A DNA stretch of 64,000 bases from Shigella phage vB_SboM_Phaginator. Below the pieces are notes generated by a model. The model was not told where the DNA came from. It searched no databases and worked only from the letters and a program-made list of their open reading frames with translations. The DNA is taken from sequence record OL615012; one strand, 5' to 3'. Within the stretch, counting starts at the first letter, position 1, and the number at the start of each line of letters is the position of its first letter. This document shows, in pieces, positions 7,778-19,769 of this stretch. Both the position numbers and the translations under genes were made by a program.

Positions 7778-8065
7778 TTATAGAAGATTTTTTGCAATAA
7801 TTTTAAGCTGAGCTACTGAAATATGCTTGGCTTTAAACAAAGCAGTTTCTTCAGCAGGAGAGATAACGATTGTAGCACCATCCTTTTTAGCAGACCACCC
7901 ATCACCTAGGTAAACAGTACCTTTGATTTCTTCGCCATCAACCAGACTAATCATTGGTTTACCTTCTCGTCCTTTATTTGCTTTAATAACTTCAGAAGTA
8001 AGAGTAGCTTCGGTAATAGTAGAAACCGGGGTAGTTGTAGAAGTAAATTCTTTGAAAGTTTTCAT
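7778..8065 (-). CDS. ipI: internal protein I (IPI), capsid-targeted injected protein
   Basis: 95 aa as T4 IPI; N-terminus MKTFKEF with I-T-E cleavage site giving a 76-aa mature form. Confidence 0.7.
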   Translation of the reverse strand: MKTFKEFTSTTTPVSTITEATLTSEVIKANKGREGKPMISLVDGEEIKGTVYLGDGWSAKKDGATIVISPAEETALFKAKHISVAQLKIIAKNLL

Positions 8066-8095
8066 TTTATTTTCCTAATTAATTTTGATGAGATA

Positions 8096-8125
8096 ATAGT
8101 ATCACTACCTCATCAACGTGTAAAC
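8096..8125 (-). promoter_or_regulatory. putative T4-type early promoter (GTTTACA-N17-TACTAT)
   Basis: Minus-strand -35 GTTTACA (8119-8125), 17-bp spacer, -10 TACTAT (8096-8101), upstream of ipI. Confidence 0.35.
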
Positions 8126-8137
8126 AACTTTGTGAAA

Positions 8138-8834
<697 letters not shown>

Positions 8835-8835
<1 letters not shown>

Positions 8836-9548
8836 TATAGTACCTTTAGTGTATTTTTAATTTTAGAAAAAAGTTCTTCAAGAGAACCATCGTTTGTAAT
8901 TACTAAATCGCCATCACGAATTGGCAATCCAGCTTCTGTAATATGAGTATCATTGGATTTTTGACCAGGACGAACTACATGAATTACTGTAGCACCCATC
9001 GCCCTAGCCGCATCCATTTCATGATCTTGACGAGTATCAGGAACGATATAATAATCATAACCTGAGTTAAATTTATCAAGATAATCTAAAGCAAATAATT
9101 TTACCCAATACATGCGGTCGAAGTTATTAACAATCAAATCCGTACCTAGGGCTTGCATCAGACGACGGACTGACCATTGATCTTCAATATTATTTATAAC
9201 GTCAGCAATCTTGTTAAATGCTACGAAATTAACTGCGTCATCAAAAACAAACACACCTTTAATTGGGCTTTTACTATTAAGATAGCAAAATGCTTGTTCC
9301 ATAATCGTAATTACTTCTAATTTAGTCAGATTTAAATTAGTTTCACGATCATAGTCAATTCCTTCAAACTCTTTACGAGTTAAACAAGGATAGTCAGTGT
9401 TTGCTGCAAATACACCCCATGCATAAGCCAATGCATCCTTAATAGGACCAGCAAGTTGATATTTAACTGCAGAATAATTATTCATAATAAAATCTGCAGT
9501 AGTATCTTTTCCACTACGCTTTACACCACTTAAAAAGATTAGTTTCAT
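8835..9548 (-). CDS. 1: deoxynucleoside monophosphate kinase (gp1)
   Basis: 237 aa; P-loop GVKRSGKDT; N-terminus MKLIFLSGVKRSGKDTTADFI as T4 gp1. Confidence 0.85.
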
Positions 9549-9597
9549 ATGTTTCTCCTCAAATTTAGTTAAGATTATAACACATGAAACTGAAGCA

Positions 9598-10128
9598 TTA
9601 AACTTCTGCTATAATTTTTCCATCTTTTTCTACTTGAAAATACGTATAAGGAATCGTTGCTGTGCATACTAAGGCTGGGTCTGAATCTTCTGTGTAGCTA
9701 AATTCTACTTCAGACAGGTCAGAAACCCAGGGCTTATAAAAATTTATTGACATCACGATTTCAGTTTTGCTATTATCTAAGATGTAAAGCGTAATGTACT
9801 CAGGACCTGTTTTTTGGGCAGTATTTTCACCTGTAAGATAGTTACTAGTTCCTAGCATCCATTCATACATTCCTATCCATGACTTAAGTTCTTCATCAAC
9901 TATAAATCTCACGATGAGTGGGTCGTACTCAAATGTAACACCTGGACGTTGTGCTCGGCCTAGTCCAAACGGCCCAGTCACGGTATCAGTAACAGGTATC
10001 CTAATTCCCGGAATAGGAACTGACTGAGCATTTAAAGTAAAAGCAGATGTAGTATTACTATGCGGTATTGATACTACAAAGTTAGTTGTATTTGCTTGGT
10101 TAAAAATTTGTTGTAGTGCTTGCGACAT
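9598..10128 (-). CDS. 3: gp3 tail tube terminator / sheath stabiliser
   Basis: Track frame 9598..10209 starts with TTG; ATG at 10128 preceded by GAGGAA gives 176 aa, the T4 gp3 length. Confidence 0.7.
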   Translation of the reverse strand: MSQALQQIFNQANTTNFVVSIPHSNTTSAFTLNAQSVPIPGIRIPVTDTVTGPFGLGRAQRPGVTFEYDPLIVRFIVDEELKSWIGMYEWMLGTSNYLTGENTAQKTGPEYITLYILDNSKTEIVMSINFYKPWVSDLSEVEFSYTEDSDPALVCTATIPYTYFQVEKDGKIIAEV

Positions 10129-10234
10129 ATATTCCTCATAATGCTTCATAAATGTTGGTGGTATAATGGGTCTAAGTCCCTTCCATTCAATTCCAATTAG
10201 AACAAACAATAGAAAAGAATGGAAGATAATAGAA

Positions 10235-11059
10235 TTAGATATTTGACCAGACTTTGTTTGCAGAGAAACGTTTTCCTTTTGAAACGAACTGCTGAAGTGG
10301 CATTAACACAACGTTCGCCCAGTCTTTCGGGGCGATTTCAACAAGGCTACCCATAATATTACCGGGTATATATGCCTTAATCATTTGGTCTGCACCCCTA
10401 AATCCTTTCACTTGACTCCAATCAATTTTTAATTTCGTTTTATTAGTAATAGTAGGTGTATTTGAATATTGCTTTAAAAGCTCTTCTAGAAATTGCTGAC
10501 GAGCTTTAGGTGGAATATAGTGCAAGTTCAATCCGTACATTAAATTATGTTTACCTAAACCGAGGTAAATTATCAAAGGAAATTTATCCCAATAAGGAAG
10601 AGTTTCTTTGTGTTTAGCATCGTAAGCAAAAGCATATATTCGTCCCGGCTGCGGGCGAACAACTTTATGTCCTTTTACCTGCTTAATAGTTTCAGCAAAC
10701 CACTTTCTGGTTTTATTATTAATTGCTGCACCTTCATTACGAATTTTATCACGCAATGTTTGCCTGAATGAATTTATCATAAGCAGTTGTCTTTCTTGCT
10801 TATTGAGTTTATTCATTGGTTTTGATTCAAGCTTTTGAATCTTTTCAGCCGTTTTAATTCCTGAAGCATATTTTGACATTGCCGAAGTAAACGTAGAGTA
10901 TTTGATTCCTCTTTCTTCAGCAAATTGCTTTCCTGTCATTCCTTTTGCTTTGGCCTTTCTGTATTCAAGACCTATCTGAATCCATTTCTTTTCGTTTAAT
11001 GATTGCTTAACCTTTGGAACTTGGGGAGTGCTTTCATTAATTATTTGAAAAATAGCCAT
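10235..11059 (-). CDS. 2: gp2 DNA end protector protein
   Basis: 274 aa, the T4 gp2 length; conserved position between genes 3 and 4. Confidence 0.8.
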   Translation of the reverse strand: MAIFQIINESTPQVPKVKQSLNEKKWIQIGLEYRKAKAKGMTGKQFAEERGIKYSTFTSAMSKYASGIKTAEKIQKLESKPMNKLNKQERQLLMINSFRQTLRDKIRNEGAAINNKTRKWFAETIKQVKGHKVVRPQPGRIYAFAYDAKHKETLPYWDKFPLIIYLGLGKHNLMYGLNLHYIPPKARQQFLEELLKQYSNTPTITNKTKLKIDWSQVKGFRGADQMIKAYIPGNIMGSLVEIAPKDWANVVLMPLQQFVSKGKRFSANKVWSNI

Positions 11060-11511
11060 TATGCCCCCTTAAAGCCAAGAGCTCTTAATCCATCTTCTGT
11101 TAGAATTCTAAATTTTATTCCACGCTTTTCAGCTAAAGCTTGCGCTGCTTTCCATTTGTCAGTATTAACGGAATATGTATAAATTTCATTCATAAATCTT
11201 TTCTTCGCTGCAGTTGTTAGATGTGCCGGTTTAACTGGTGGTTGTGTTTCTTTTTTAGGTTTTATTTCAATAAAAAATTCTTGTCCAGAAGAATCTTTCA
11301 TCCAAATATCCATGAAGTATCTACGTTTTTTCCCTTCTGCATTACAAAAATAAGGAATTACTGCTGTTTCACTACCCCATGCAATAATTTCTGGATTTTT
11401 ATCTAACCATTCAAAAAAGAATTTTTCCCAATTTGATCTATACGTAATTTTTTTAGGGTCACCTCTATATTTTGATATATTTTTAGGAACCCATTTTCCA
11501 GAATATGCCAT
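11059..11511 (-). CDS. 4: gp4 head completion protein
   Basis: 150 aa; start overlaps gene 2 stop; position as in T4. Confidence 0.8.
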   Translation of the reverse strand: MAYSGKWVPKNISKYRGDPKKITYRSNWEKFFFEWLDKNPEIIAWGSETAVIPYFCNAEGKKRRYFMDIWMKDSSGQEFFIEIKPKKETQPPVKPAHLTTAAKKRFMNEIYTYSVNTDKWKAAQALAEKRGIKFRILTEDGLRALGFKGA

Positions 11512-11522
11512 TGGATTCTCCT

Positions 11523-11530
11523 TATAAATA
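11523..11530 (+). promoter_or_regulatory. T4 late promoter TATAAATA for gene 53
   Basis: Exact TATAAATA 29 bp upstream of the gene 53 ATG. Confidence 0.5.
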
Positions 11531-11537
11531 GATAATA

Positions 11538-11545
11538 TATTTATA
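11538..11545 (-). promoter_or_regulatory. T4 late promoter TATAAATA (minus strand) for gene 4
   Basis: Exact TATAAATA on minus strand 27 bp upstream of the gene 4 start. Confidence 0.45.
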
Positions 11546-11558
11546 AACAGGAGGGCCC

Positions 11559-12149
11559 ATGCTCTTTACATTTTTTGATCCGATTGAATATGCGGCCAAA
11601 ACGGTGAATAAAAACGCGCCGACTATTCCTATGACAGATATTTTTAGAAACTATAAAGACTATTTCAAACGTGCTCTTGCGGGATACCGCTTACGTACTT
11701 ATTATATTAAAGGTTCACCACGCCCGGAAGAATTAGCAAATGCTATATATGGAAATCCGCAGTTGTATTGGGTTTTATTGATGTGTAATGATAATTATGA
11801 TCCGTATTATGGATGGATTACTTCGCAAGAAGCTGCTTATCAAGCATCTATACAAAAATACAAAAACGTAGGTGGAGACCAAATAGTATATCATGTGAAT
11901 GAGAACGGTGAAAAATTTTATAATTTAATATCATATGATGATAATCCATATGTTTGGTATGACAAAGGCGATAAAGCTAGAAAATATCCTCAATATGAAG
12001 GAGCACTTGCTGCGGTAGATACGTATGAAGCTGCTGTTCTTGAAAATGAAAAACTTCGTCAAATAAAAATAATAGCAAAATCAGACATCAATTCATTTAT
12101 GAACGACCTTATACGTATAATGGAGAAATCTTATGGAAATGATAAGTAA
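11559..12149 (+). CDS. 53: gp53 baseplate wedge protein
   Basis: 196 aa; GGAGGG ribosome-binding site; position before gene 5. Confidence 0.85.
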   Translation: MLFTFFDPIEYAAKTVNKNAPTIPMTDIFRNYKDYFKRALAGYRLRTYYIKGSPRPEELANAIYGNPQLYWVLLMCNDNYDPYYGWITSQEAAYQASIQKYKNVGGDQIVYHVNENGEKFYNLISYDDNPYVWYDKGDKARKYPQYEGALAAVDTYEAAVLENEKLRQIKIIAKSDINSFMNDLIRIMEKSYGNDK

Positions 12150-13860
12150 TAACCTTAATTGGTTTGTTGGTGTTGTTGAAGATAGAATGGACCCATTAAA
12201 ATTAGGTCGTGTTCGTGTTCGTGTAGTTGGTCTGCATCCACCTCAAAGAGCCCAAGGCGATGTAATGGGTATTCCAACTGATAAATTACCATGGATGTCA
12301 GTTATTCAACCTATAACTTCTGCAGCAATGTCAGGAATTGGAGGTTCTGTTACTGGACCGGTAGAAGGAACTAGAGTTTATGGTCATTTTTTGGACAAAT
12401 GGAAAACTAACGGAATTGTCCTTGGCACGTATGGTGGAATAGTTCGCGAAAAACCGAATAGACTTGAAGGATTTTCTGACCCAACTGGGCAGTATCCTAG
12501 ACGTTTAGGAAATGATACGAACGTATTAAACCAAGGCGGAGAAGTAGGATATGATTCGTCTTCTAACGTTATCCAAGATAGTAACTTAGACACCGCAATA
12601 AATCCCGATGATAGACCGTTATCAGAAATTCCAACTGATGATAATCCAAATATGTCAATGGCTGAAATGCTTCGCCGTGATGAAGGATTAAGACTAAAAG
12701 TTTATTGGGATACTGAAGGATATCCAACAATTGGTATTGGTCATCTTATCATGAAGCAGCCAGTTCGTGATATGACCCAAATTAATAAAGTTTTATCAAA
12801 ACAAGTTGGTCGTGAAATTACCGGAAATCCAGGTTCTATTACAATGGAAGAAGCGGTAGCTTTATTTGAACGTGATTTGGCTGATATGCAACGTGACATT
12901 AAATCACATTCTAAAGTTGGCCCAGTCTGGCAAGCTGTCAACCGTTCTCGTCAAATGGCATTAGAAAATATGGCATTTCAGATGGGTGTTGGCGGTGTAG
13001 CTAAATTTAACACAATGTTAACTGCTATGTTAGCAGGAGATTGGGAAAAAGCATATAAAGCCGGTCGTGATTCATTGTGGTATCAACAAACAAAAGGCCG
13101 TGCATCCCGTGTTACCATGATTATTCTTACGGGGAATTTGGAATCATATGGTGTTGAAGTGAAAACTCCAGCTAGGTCTTTATCGGCAATGGCTGCGACT
13201 GTAGCTAAATCTTCTGACCCTGCTGACCCTCCTATTCCAAATGACTCGAGAATTTTATTCAAAGAACCAGTTTCTTCATATAAAGGCGAATATCCTTATG
13301 TTCACACAATGGAAACTGAAAGCGGTCATATTCAGGAATTTGATGATACCCCTGGGCAAGAACGATACAGATTAGTTCATCCAACTGGAACTTATGAAGA
13401 AGTATCACCGTCAGGAAGAAGAACAAGAAAAACTGTTGATAATTTATATGATATAACCAACGCTGATGGTAATTTTTTGGTAGCCGGCGATAAAAAGACT
13501 AACGTCGGTGGATCAGAAATTTATTACAACATGGATAATCGTCTTCACCAAATAGATGGAAGCAATACAATATTTGTACGTGGCGATGAAACTAAGACGG
13601 TTGAAGGTAATGGAACTATCCTAGTTAAAGGTAATGTTACTATTATAGTTGAAGGTAATGCTGACATTACAGTTAAAGGAGATGCTACCACTTTAGTTGA
13701 AGGAAATCAGACTAATACAGTAAATGGAAATCTTTCTTGGAAAGTTGCTGGGACAGTTGATTGGGATGTTGGTGGTGATTGGACAGAAAAAATGGCATCT
13801 ATGAGTTCTATTTCATCTGGTCAATACACAATTGATGGATCGAGGATTGACATTGGCTAA
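12133..13860 (+). CDS. 5: gp5 baseplate hub / cell-puncturing spike with tail lysozyme domain
   Basis: 575 aa; N-terminus MEMISNNLNWFVGVVEDRMDPLKLGRVRV; lysozyme motif TIGIGHL; C-terminal V-x-G-x5 beta-helix repeats. Confidence 0.95.
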   Translation: MEMISNNLNWFVGVVEDRMDPLKLGRVRVRVVGLHPPQRAQGDVMGIPTDKLPWMSVIQPITSAAMSGIGGSVTGPVEGTRVYGHFLDKWKTNGIVLGTYGGIVREKPNRLEGFSDPTGQYPRRLGNDTNVLNQGGEVGYDSSSNVIQDSNLDTAINPDDRPLSEIPTDDNPNMSMAEMLRRDEGLRLKVYWDTEGYPTIGIGHLIMKQPVRDMTQINKVLSKQVGREITGNPGSITMEEAVALFERDLADMQRDIKSHSKVGPVWQAVNRSRQMALENMAFQMGVGGVAKFNTMLTAMLAGDWEKAYKAGRDSLWYQQTKGRASRVTMIILTGNLESYGVEVKTPARSLSAMAATVAKSSDPADPPIPNDSRILFKEPVSSYKGEYPYVHTMETESGHIQEFDDTPGQERYRLVHPTGTYEEVSPSGRRTRKTVDNLYDITNADGNFLVAGDKKTNVGGSEIYYNMDNRLHQIDGSNTIFVRGDETKTVEGNGTILVKGNVTIIVEGNADITVKGDATTLVEGNQTNTVNGNLSWKVAGTVDWDVGGDWTEKMASMSSISSGQYTIDGSRIDIG

Positions 13861-13894
13861 TATACTTCCAATGAGCGCTGATTTAGGAGAATCC

Positions 13895-14389
13895 ATGGAA
13901 GGTTCTTCTATCGACGTCACCTTTACCGCTCAATTAGAAACAGGTGAAACGTTAGTATCTATAAATATAACTAGTTACGAAGAAACTCCTGGGGTTTTAG
14001 TAGAAGAAAATCGTTTATATGGAACGTATGAATCTGTATTTGGATTTGGAAATGATGCGTTGAAATATCGTTTAGATAATGAATTTAAAACTGCTGCTTC
14101 ATGGGAAGACCTTCCAACTGATTCTAATACTCAGTTATATTTATGGAAAGCTCCTCAAAACCTCCAGAAGACATTCACTTACGAAGTAACATTAATATAT
14201 GACTACCAAGAACAAGGTGAATCTGGAGGTTCTGGCAGTAATTCTAGGTCATCTTCTGATACTACTGAACCGACGAATCCTCCAGCTCCAATAAGAAAAA
14301 CTCTTGTTAAAAATTATACAAAAACTATAGTTGGAAATTGGAGTCGTTGGGCTAATAAACTGAGAAGCTACGTGTATGAGAGGCCATAA
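13895..14389 (+). CDS. 5.1: gp5.1 conserved hypothetical protein
   Basis: Track frame 13832..14389 (TTG); ATG at 13895 has AGGAGA site; alternative ATG at 13835. Confidence 0.55.
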
Positions 14390-14683
14390 ATGTCAGGATT
14401 AAGTTATGATAAGTGTGTTACTGCTGGCCATGAAGCGTGGCCTCCAACAGTTGTGAATGCTACACAAAGTAAAGTATTCACTGGAGGAATTGCTGTTCTA
14501 GTAGCAGGCGATCCAATTACAGAACATACAGAAATTAAAAAGCCATATGAAACACATGGCGGAGTGACACAACCTAGAACTTCTAAGGTATATGTCACAG
14601 GAAAGAAAGCTGTTCAAATGGCTGATCCAATATCATGCGGTGATACTGTGGCTCAGGCATCATCTAAAGTATTCATTAAATAG
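14390..14683 (+). CDS. 5.4: gp5.4 PAAR-repeat spike tip protein
   Basis: 97 aa; PAAR-like fold signature; immediately follows 5.1. Confidence 0.8.
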
Positions 14684-14691
14684 GATTTAAA

Positions 14692-16674
14692 ATGGCAAAT
14701 ACCCCTGTAAATTATCAATTAACAAGAACAGCAAATGCTATTCCCGAGATATTCGTCGGGGGTACGTTTGCTGAAATAAAACAAAACCTCATTGAATGGC
14801 TTAATGGCCAAAATGAATTTTTGGATTATGATTTTGAAGGCTCAAGATTAAACGTTCTGTGTGACCTTTTGGCTTATAATACGTTGTACATTCAGCAGTT
14901 TGGTAATGCTGCTGTGTATGAAAGCTTTATGCGTACTGCTAACTTACGAAGTTCAGTTGTTCAAGCTGCACAAGATAACGGATATTTACCTACTTCAAAA
15001 TCCGCTGCGCAGACCGAAATTATGTTAACTTGTACAGACGCATTGAATAGGAATTACATTACTATTCCTCGCGGAACTCGCTTTTTAGCATATGCAAAAG
15101 ATACTTCTGTTAATCCATATAACTTCGTTTCTACCGAAGACGTTATTGCTATTCGTGATAAAAATAACCAATATTTTCCACGTTTAAAATTAGCTCAGGG
15201 ACGTATAGTAAGAACTGAAATCATTTATGATAAATTAACACCTATTATCATTTATGATAAAAATATTGATAGAAACCAGGTTAAATTATATGTTGATGGA
15301 GCGGAATGGATTAACTGGACGAGAAAGTCAATGGTTCATGCTGGTTCAACATCAACGATTTACTATATGCGTGAAACTATTGATGGAAACACTGAATTCT
15401 ATTTTGGCGAAGGTGAAATTTCTGTTAATGCTTCTGAAGGAGCTTTGACCGCTAATTATATCGGAGGTCTTAAACCTACCCAGAACTCTACAATTGTTAT
15501 TGAGTACATCAGTACTAACGGTGCAGATGCGAATGGTGCAGTCGGATTTTCATATGCAGATACATTAACAAATATAACTGTCATCAATATTAATGAAAAT
15601 CCAAACGACGACCCAGATTTTGTCGGAGCAGATGGCGGCGGTGATCCAGAAGATATTGAGCGTATTCGCGAATTGGGTACTATTAAACGCGAAACCCAGC
15701 AACGCTGCGTAACTGCGACTGATTATGATACATTCGTTTCAGAGAGATTTGGTTCTATTATTCAAGCTGTTCAGACTTTCACTGATTCTACTAAACCTGG
15801 TTATGCATTTATTGCTGCTAAACCTAAATCAGGATTGTATTTAACTACTGTGCAGCGTGAAGATATTAAAAATTATCTCAAAGATTATAATTTAGCTCCT
15901 ATTACGCCATCAATTATTTCTCCTAATTATCTTTTTATTAAGACTAATTTAAAAGTCACATACGCTTTAAATAAGCTGCAAGAATCCGAACAGTGGCTCG
16001 AAGGTCAAATAATTGATAAAATTGATCGTTATTATACTGAAGATGTAGAAATTTTTAACTCATCTTTCGCTAAGTCTAAGATGTTGACATATGTAGATGA
16101 TGCAGATCATTCTATCATTGGTTCATCAGCGACAATTCAAATTGTTCGTGAAGTACAAAACTTCTATAAAACGCCTGAAGCAGGTATTAAATACAATAAT
16201 CAAATAAAAGACCGTTCTATGGAATCTAATACGTTTTCATTTAATTCTGGACGAAAAGTTGTAAATCCTGATACTGGTTTAGAAGAAGATGTATTATATG
16301 ACGTTCGTATAGTATCAACAGACCGAGATTCTAAAGGAATTGGTAAAGTTATTATCGGTCCATTTGCTTCTGGCGATGTTACAGAAAATGAAAATATTCA
16401 GCCATACACAGGAAATGATTTTAACAAATTAGCAAACTCCACAGGACGTGACAAATACTATGTTATCGGTGAAATAAATTATCCAGCTGACATGATTTAT
16501 TGGAATATCGCTAAAATTAATTTAACATCTGAAAAATTTGAAGTTCAGACTATTGAATTATATTCTGACCCAACCGATGATGTTATCTTTACTCGCGATG
16601 GTTCACTGATTGTATTTGAAAATGACTTACGTCCACAATACTTAACTATCGATTTGGAGCCTATATCACAATGA
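14692..16674 (+). CDS. 6: gp6 baseplate wedge protein
   Basis: 660 aa, T4 gp6 length and position. Confidence 0.9.
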   Translation: MANTPVNYQLTRTANAIPEIFVGGTFAEIKQNLIEWLNGQNEFLDYDFEGSRLNVLCDLLAYNTLYIQQFGNAAVYESFMRTANLRSSVVQAAQDNGYLPTSKSAAQTEIMLTCTDALNRNYITIPRGTRFLAYAKDTSVNPYNFVSTEDVIAIRDKNNQYFPRLKLAQGRIVRTEIIYDKLTPIIIYDKNIDRNQVKLYVDGAEWINWTRKSMVHAGSTSTIYYMRETIDGNTEFYFGEGEISVNASEGALTANYIGGLKPTQNSTIVIEYISTNGADANGAVGFSYADTLTNITVININENPNDDPDFVGADGGGDPEDIERIRELGTIKRETQQRCVTATDYDTFVSERFGSIIQAVQTFTDSTKPGYAFIAAKPKSGLYLTTVQREDIKNYLKDYNLAPITPSIISPNYLFIKTNLKVTYALNKLQESEQWLEGQIIDKIDRYYTEDVEIFNSSFAKSKMLTYVDDADHSIIGSSATIQIVREVQNFYKTPEAGIKYNNQIKDRSMESNTFSFNSGRKVVNPDTGLEEDVLYDVRIVSTDRDSKGIGKVIIGPFASGDVTENENIQPYTGNDFNKLANSTGRDKYYVIGEINYPADMIYWNIAKINLTSEKFEVQTIELYSDPTDDVIFTRDGSLIVFENDLRPQYLTIDLEPISQ

Positions 16675-19600
16675 CAGTAAAAGCACCTTCAGTCACTAGT
16701 CTCAGAATTTCCAAGTTATCCGCAAATCAGGTGCAAGTACGCTGGGATGACGTTGGTGCTAATTTCTACTATTTTGTAGAAATCGCTGAGACAAAAACAA
16801 ACTCGGGGGAAAATCTCCCGAGTAATCAATACAGATGGATTAATTTAGGGTATACAGCAAATAATAGTTTCTTTTTTGATGATGCTGATCCACTGACATC
16901 ATATGTTATTAGAGTAGCTACGGCGGCTCAAGATTTTGAGCAGTCTGACTGGATTTATACCGAAGAGTTTGAAACTTTTGCTACGAATGCTTACACATTT
17001 CAAAATATGATTGAAATGCAATTAGCTAATAAATTCATTCAGGAAAAGTTCACTCTTAATAATTCTGATTATGTTAATTTTAATAATGACACCATAATGG
17101 CTGCATTGATGAATGAATCGTTTCAATTCAGCCCATCATATGTTGATGTTTCATCAATCAGTAATTTTATTATTGGTGAAAATGAGTATCATGAAATACA
17201 AGGTTCTATTCAGCAAGTATGTAAGGATATTAACCGAGTTTATTTGATGGAATCAGAAGGGATTCTATATCTTTTTGAGCGCTATCAACCCGTAGTTAAA
17301 GTATCCAATGATAAAGGACAAACCTGGAAAGCTGTAAAGCTCTTCAATGACCGCGTAGGATATCCTTTATCTAAGACTGTATATTACCAATCTGCGAACA
17401 CAACATACGTTCTAGGATACGACAAGATTTTCTATGGCCGCAAATCTACTGATGTTAGATGGTCAGCCGATGATGTCAGATTTAGTTCTCAGGATATAAC
17501 ATTTGCTAAACTTGGCGACCAGTTACATTTAGGATTTGATGTAGAAATTTTTGCCACTTACGCAACTTTACCAGCGAATGTATACCGTATAGCTGAGGCT
17601 ATTACTTGCACGGATGATTATATCTATGTTGTTGCCAGAGATAAAGTTAGATACATAAAAACGAGTAATGCACCTATAGATTCTGATCCATTATCTCCAA
17701 CATATTCGGAAAGACTTTTTGAACCTGATACCATGACTATAACCGGAAATCCTAAAGCAGTATGCTATAAAATGGATTCTATCGGTGATAAAGTTTTTGC
17801 TCTCATTATTGGTGAAGTTGAAACATTAAATGCTAATCCTAGAACATCAAAAATAATTGATTCCGCTGATAAAGGAATATATGTTTTAAATCATGACGAA
17901 AAAACATGGAAAAGAGTTTTTGGTAATACCGAAGAAGAAAGAAGACGTATTCAACCCGGATATGCGAATATGTCAACTGACGGTAAATTAGTTTCTCTGT
18001 CTTCGAGTAATTTTAAATTTTTAAGTGATAATGTTGTTAATGACCCTGAAACTGCAGCAAAATATCAGTTAATTGGTGCTGTCAAATATGAATTTCCTCG
18101 TGAATGGTTAGCTGATAAGCATTATCATATGATGGCATTTATAGCGGATGAAAAATCTGATTGGGAGACTTTTACTCCTCAACCAATGAAATACTACGCA
18201 GAACCGTTCTTTAACTGGTCTAAAAAATCTAACACACGTTGTTGGATAAACAACTCCGATAGGGTTGTAGTAGTTTATGCTGATTTAAAATACACTAAAG
18301 TTATAGAAAATATTCCGGAAACATCACCAGATAGATTAGTTCATGAATACTGGGATGATGGCGATTGCACTATAGTAATGCCAAATGTCAAATTCACTGG
18401 ATTTAAAAAATACGCATCAGGAATGCTTTTTTATAAAGCCTCTGGTGAAATAATTTCTTACTATGATTTTAACTATCGTGTGAGAGATACAGTAGAAATT
18501 ATTTGGAAGCCAACTGAAGTATTTTTAAAAGCATTTTTACAAAACCAAGAGCATGAAACCCCTTGGTCGCCTGAAGAAGAGCGTGGATTGGCTGACCCTG
18601 ATTTAAGACCATTGATTGGCACAATGATGCCTGATTCTTATTTGTTACAGGATTCGAATTTTGAGGCATTTTGCGAAGCATATATTCAATATCTTTCTGA
18701 TGGATATGGAACTCAGTATAACAATTTACGAAATTTAATTCGTAACAAATATCCACGAGAAGAGCATGCATGGGAATATTTGTGGTCAGAGATATATAAA
18801 AGAAACATTTATTTAAATGCTGACAAACGTGATGCTGTTGCAAGATTTTTCGAATCACGTAGCTATGATTTTTATTCTACTAAAGGAATTGAAGCATCAT
18901 ACAAATTTCTTTTTAAAGTTCTTTATAATGAAGAGGTTGAAATTGAAATTGAATCTGGGGCTGGTACTGAATATGATATAATCGTTCAATCTGATTCTTT
19001 GACTGAAGACTTAGTAGGACAAACGATTTATACGGCAACAGGAAGATGTAATGTTACTTATATAGAAAGAAGCTATTCTAATGGTAAATTGCAATGGACC
19101 GTAACTATTCATAATCTTTTAGGACGATTAATTGCTGGTCAAGAAGTTAAAGCAGAAAGACTCCCTAGTTTTGAAGGCGAAATTATTCGTGGGGTTAAAG
19201 GAAAGGATTTGCTTCAAAATAATATAGACTATATTAATAGAAGTCGATCATATTATGTAATGAAAATTAAATCCAATTTACCTTCTTCTCGTTGGAAATC
19301 TGACGTTATTCGTTTTGTTCATCCAGTAGGATTTGGATTTATAGCAATTACACTTTTAACGATGTTTATTAATGTTGGTTTAACTCTTAAACACACAGAG
19401 ACTATAATTAATAAATACAAAAACTATAAATGGGATTCTGGATTGCCTACTGAATATGCTGATAGAGTAGCTAAATTGACTCCAACTGGTGAAATTGAGC
19501 ATGATTCGGTAACAGGCGAAGCAATTTATGAGCCTGGCCCAATGGCTGGTGTAAAATATCCTCTTCCTGATGACTATAATGCTGAAAATAATAATTCAAT

Positions 19601-19769
19601 ATTTCAAGGTCAATTGCCGTCTGAACGACGTAAATTAATGAGTCCTTTATTTGATGCATCTGGAACAACATTTGCGCAATTTAGAGATTTAGTTAATAAA
19701 CGTCTAAAAGATAATATAGGAAATCCAAGAGACCCTGAAAATCCAACACAGGTTAAAATAGATGAATGA
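16671..19769 (+). CDS. 7: gp7 baseplate wedge protein
   Basis: 1032 aa, T4 gp7 length and position; ATGA overlap with gene 6. Confidence 0.9.
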   Translation: MTVKAPSVTSLRISKLSANQVQVRWDDVGANFYYFVEIAETKTNSGENLPSNQYRWINLGYTANNSFFFDDADPLTSYVIRVATAAQDFEQSDWIYTEEFETFATNAYTFQNMIEMQLANKFIQEKFTLNNSDYVNFNNDTIMAALMNESFQFSPSYVDVSSISNFIIGENEYHEIQGSIQQVCKDINRVYLMESEGILYLFERYQPVVKVSNDKGQTWKAVKLFNDRVGYPLSKTVYYQSANTTYVLGYDKIFYGRKSTDVRWSADDVRFSSQDITFAKLGDQLHLGFDVEIFATYATLPANVYRIAEAITCTDDYIYVVARDKVRYIKTSNAPIDSDPLSPTYSERLFEPDTMTITGNPKAVCYKMDSIGDKVFALIIGEVETLNANPRTSKIIDSADKGIYVLNHDEKTWKRVFGNTEEERRRIQPGYANMSTDGKLVSLSSSNFKFLSDNVVNDPETAAKYQLIGAVKYEFPREWLADKHYHMMAFIADEKSDWETFTPQPMKYYAEPFFNWSKKSNTRCWINNSDRVVVVYADLKYTKVIENIPETSPDRLVHEYWDDGDCTIVMPNVKFTGFKKYASGMLFYKASGEIISYYDFNYRVRDTVEIIWKPTEVFLKAFLQNQEHETPWSPEEERGLADPDLRPLIGTMMPDSYLLQDSNFEAFCEAYIQYLSDGYGTQYNNLRNLIRNKYPREEHAWEYLWSEIYKRNIYLNADKRDAVARFFESRSYDFYSTKGIEASYKFLFKVLYNEEVEIEIESGAGTEYDIIVQSDSLTEDLVGQTIYTATGRCNVTYIERSYSNGKLQWTVTIHNLLGRLIAGQEVKAERLPSFEGEIIRGVKGKDLLQNNIDYINRSRSYYVMKIKSNLPSSRWKSDVIRFVHPVGFGFIAITLLTMFINVGLTLKHTETIINKYKNYKWDSGLPTEYADRVAKLTPTGEIEHDSVTGEAIYEPGPMAGVKYPLPDDYNAENNNSIFQGQLPSERRKLMSPLFDASGTTFAQFRDLVNKRLKDNIGNPRDPENPTQVKIDE

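Noticed and set aside
12384-14598. Minus-strand ORFs inside genes 5 and 5.4 (12384..12593, 12741..12941, 14404..14598)
   Set aside because: Embedded antisense in strongly supported structural genes.
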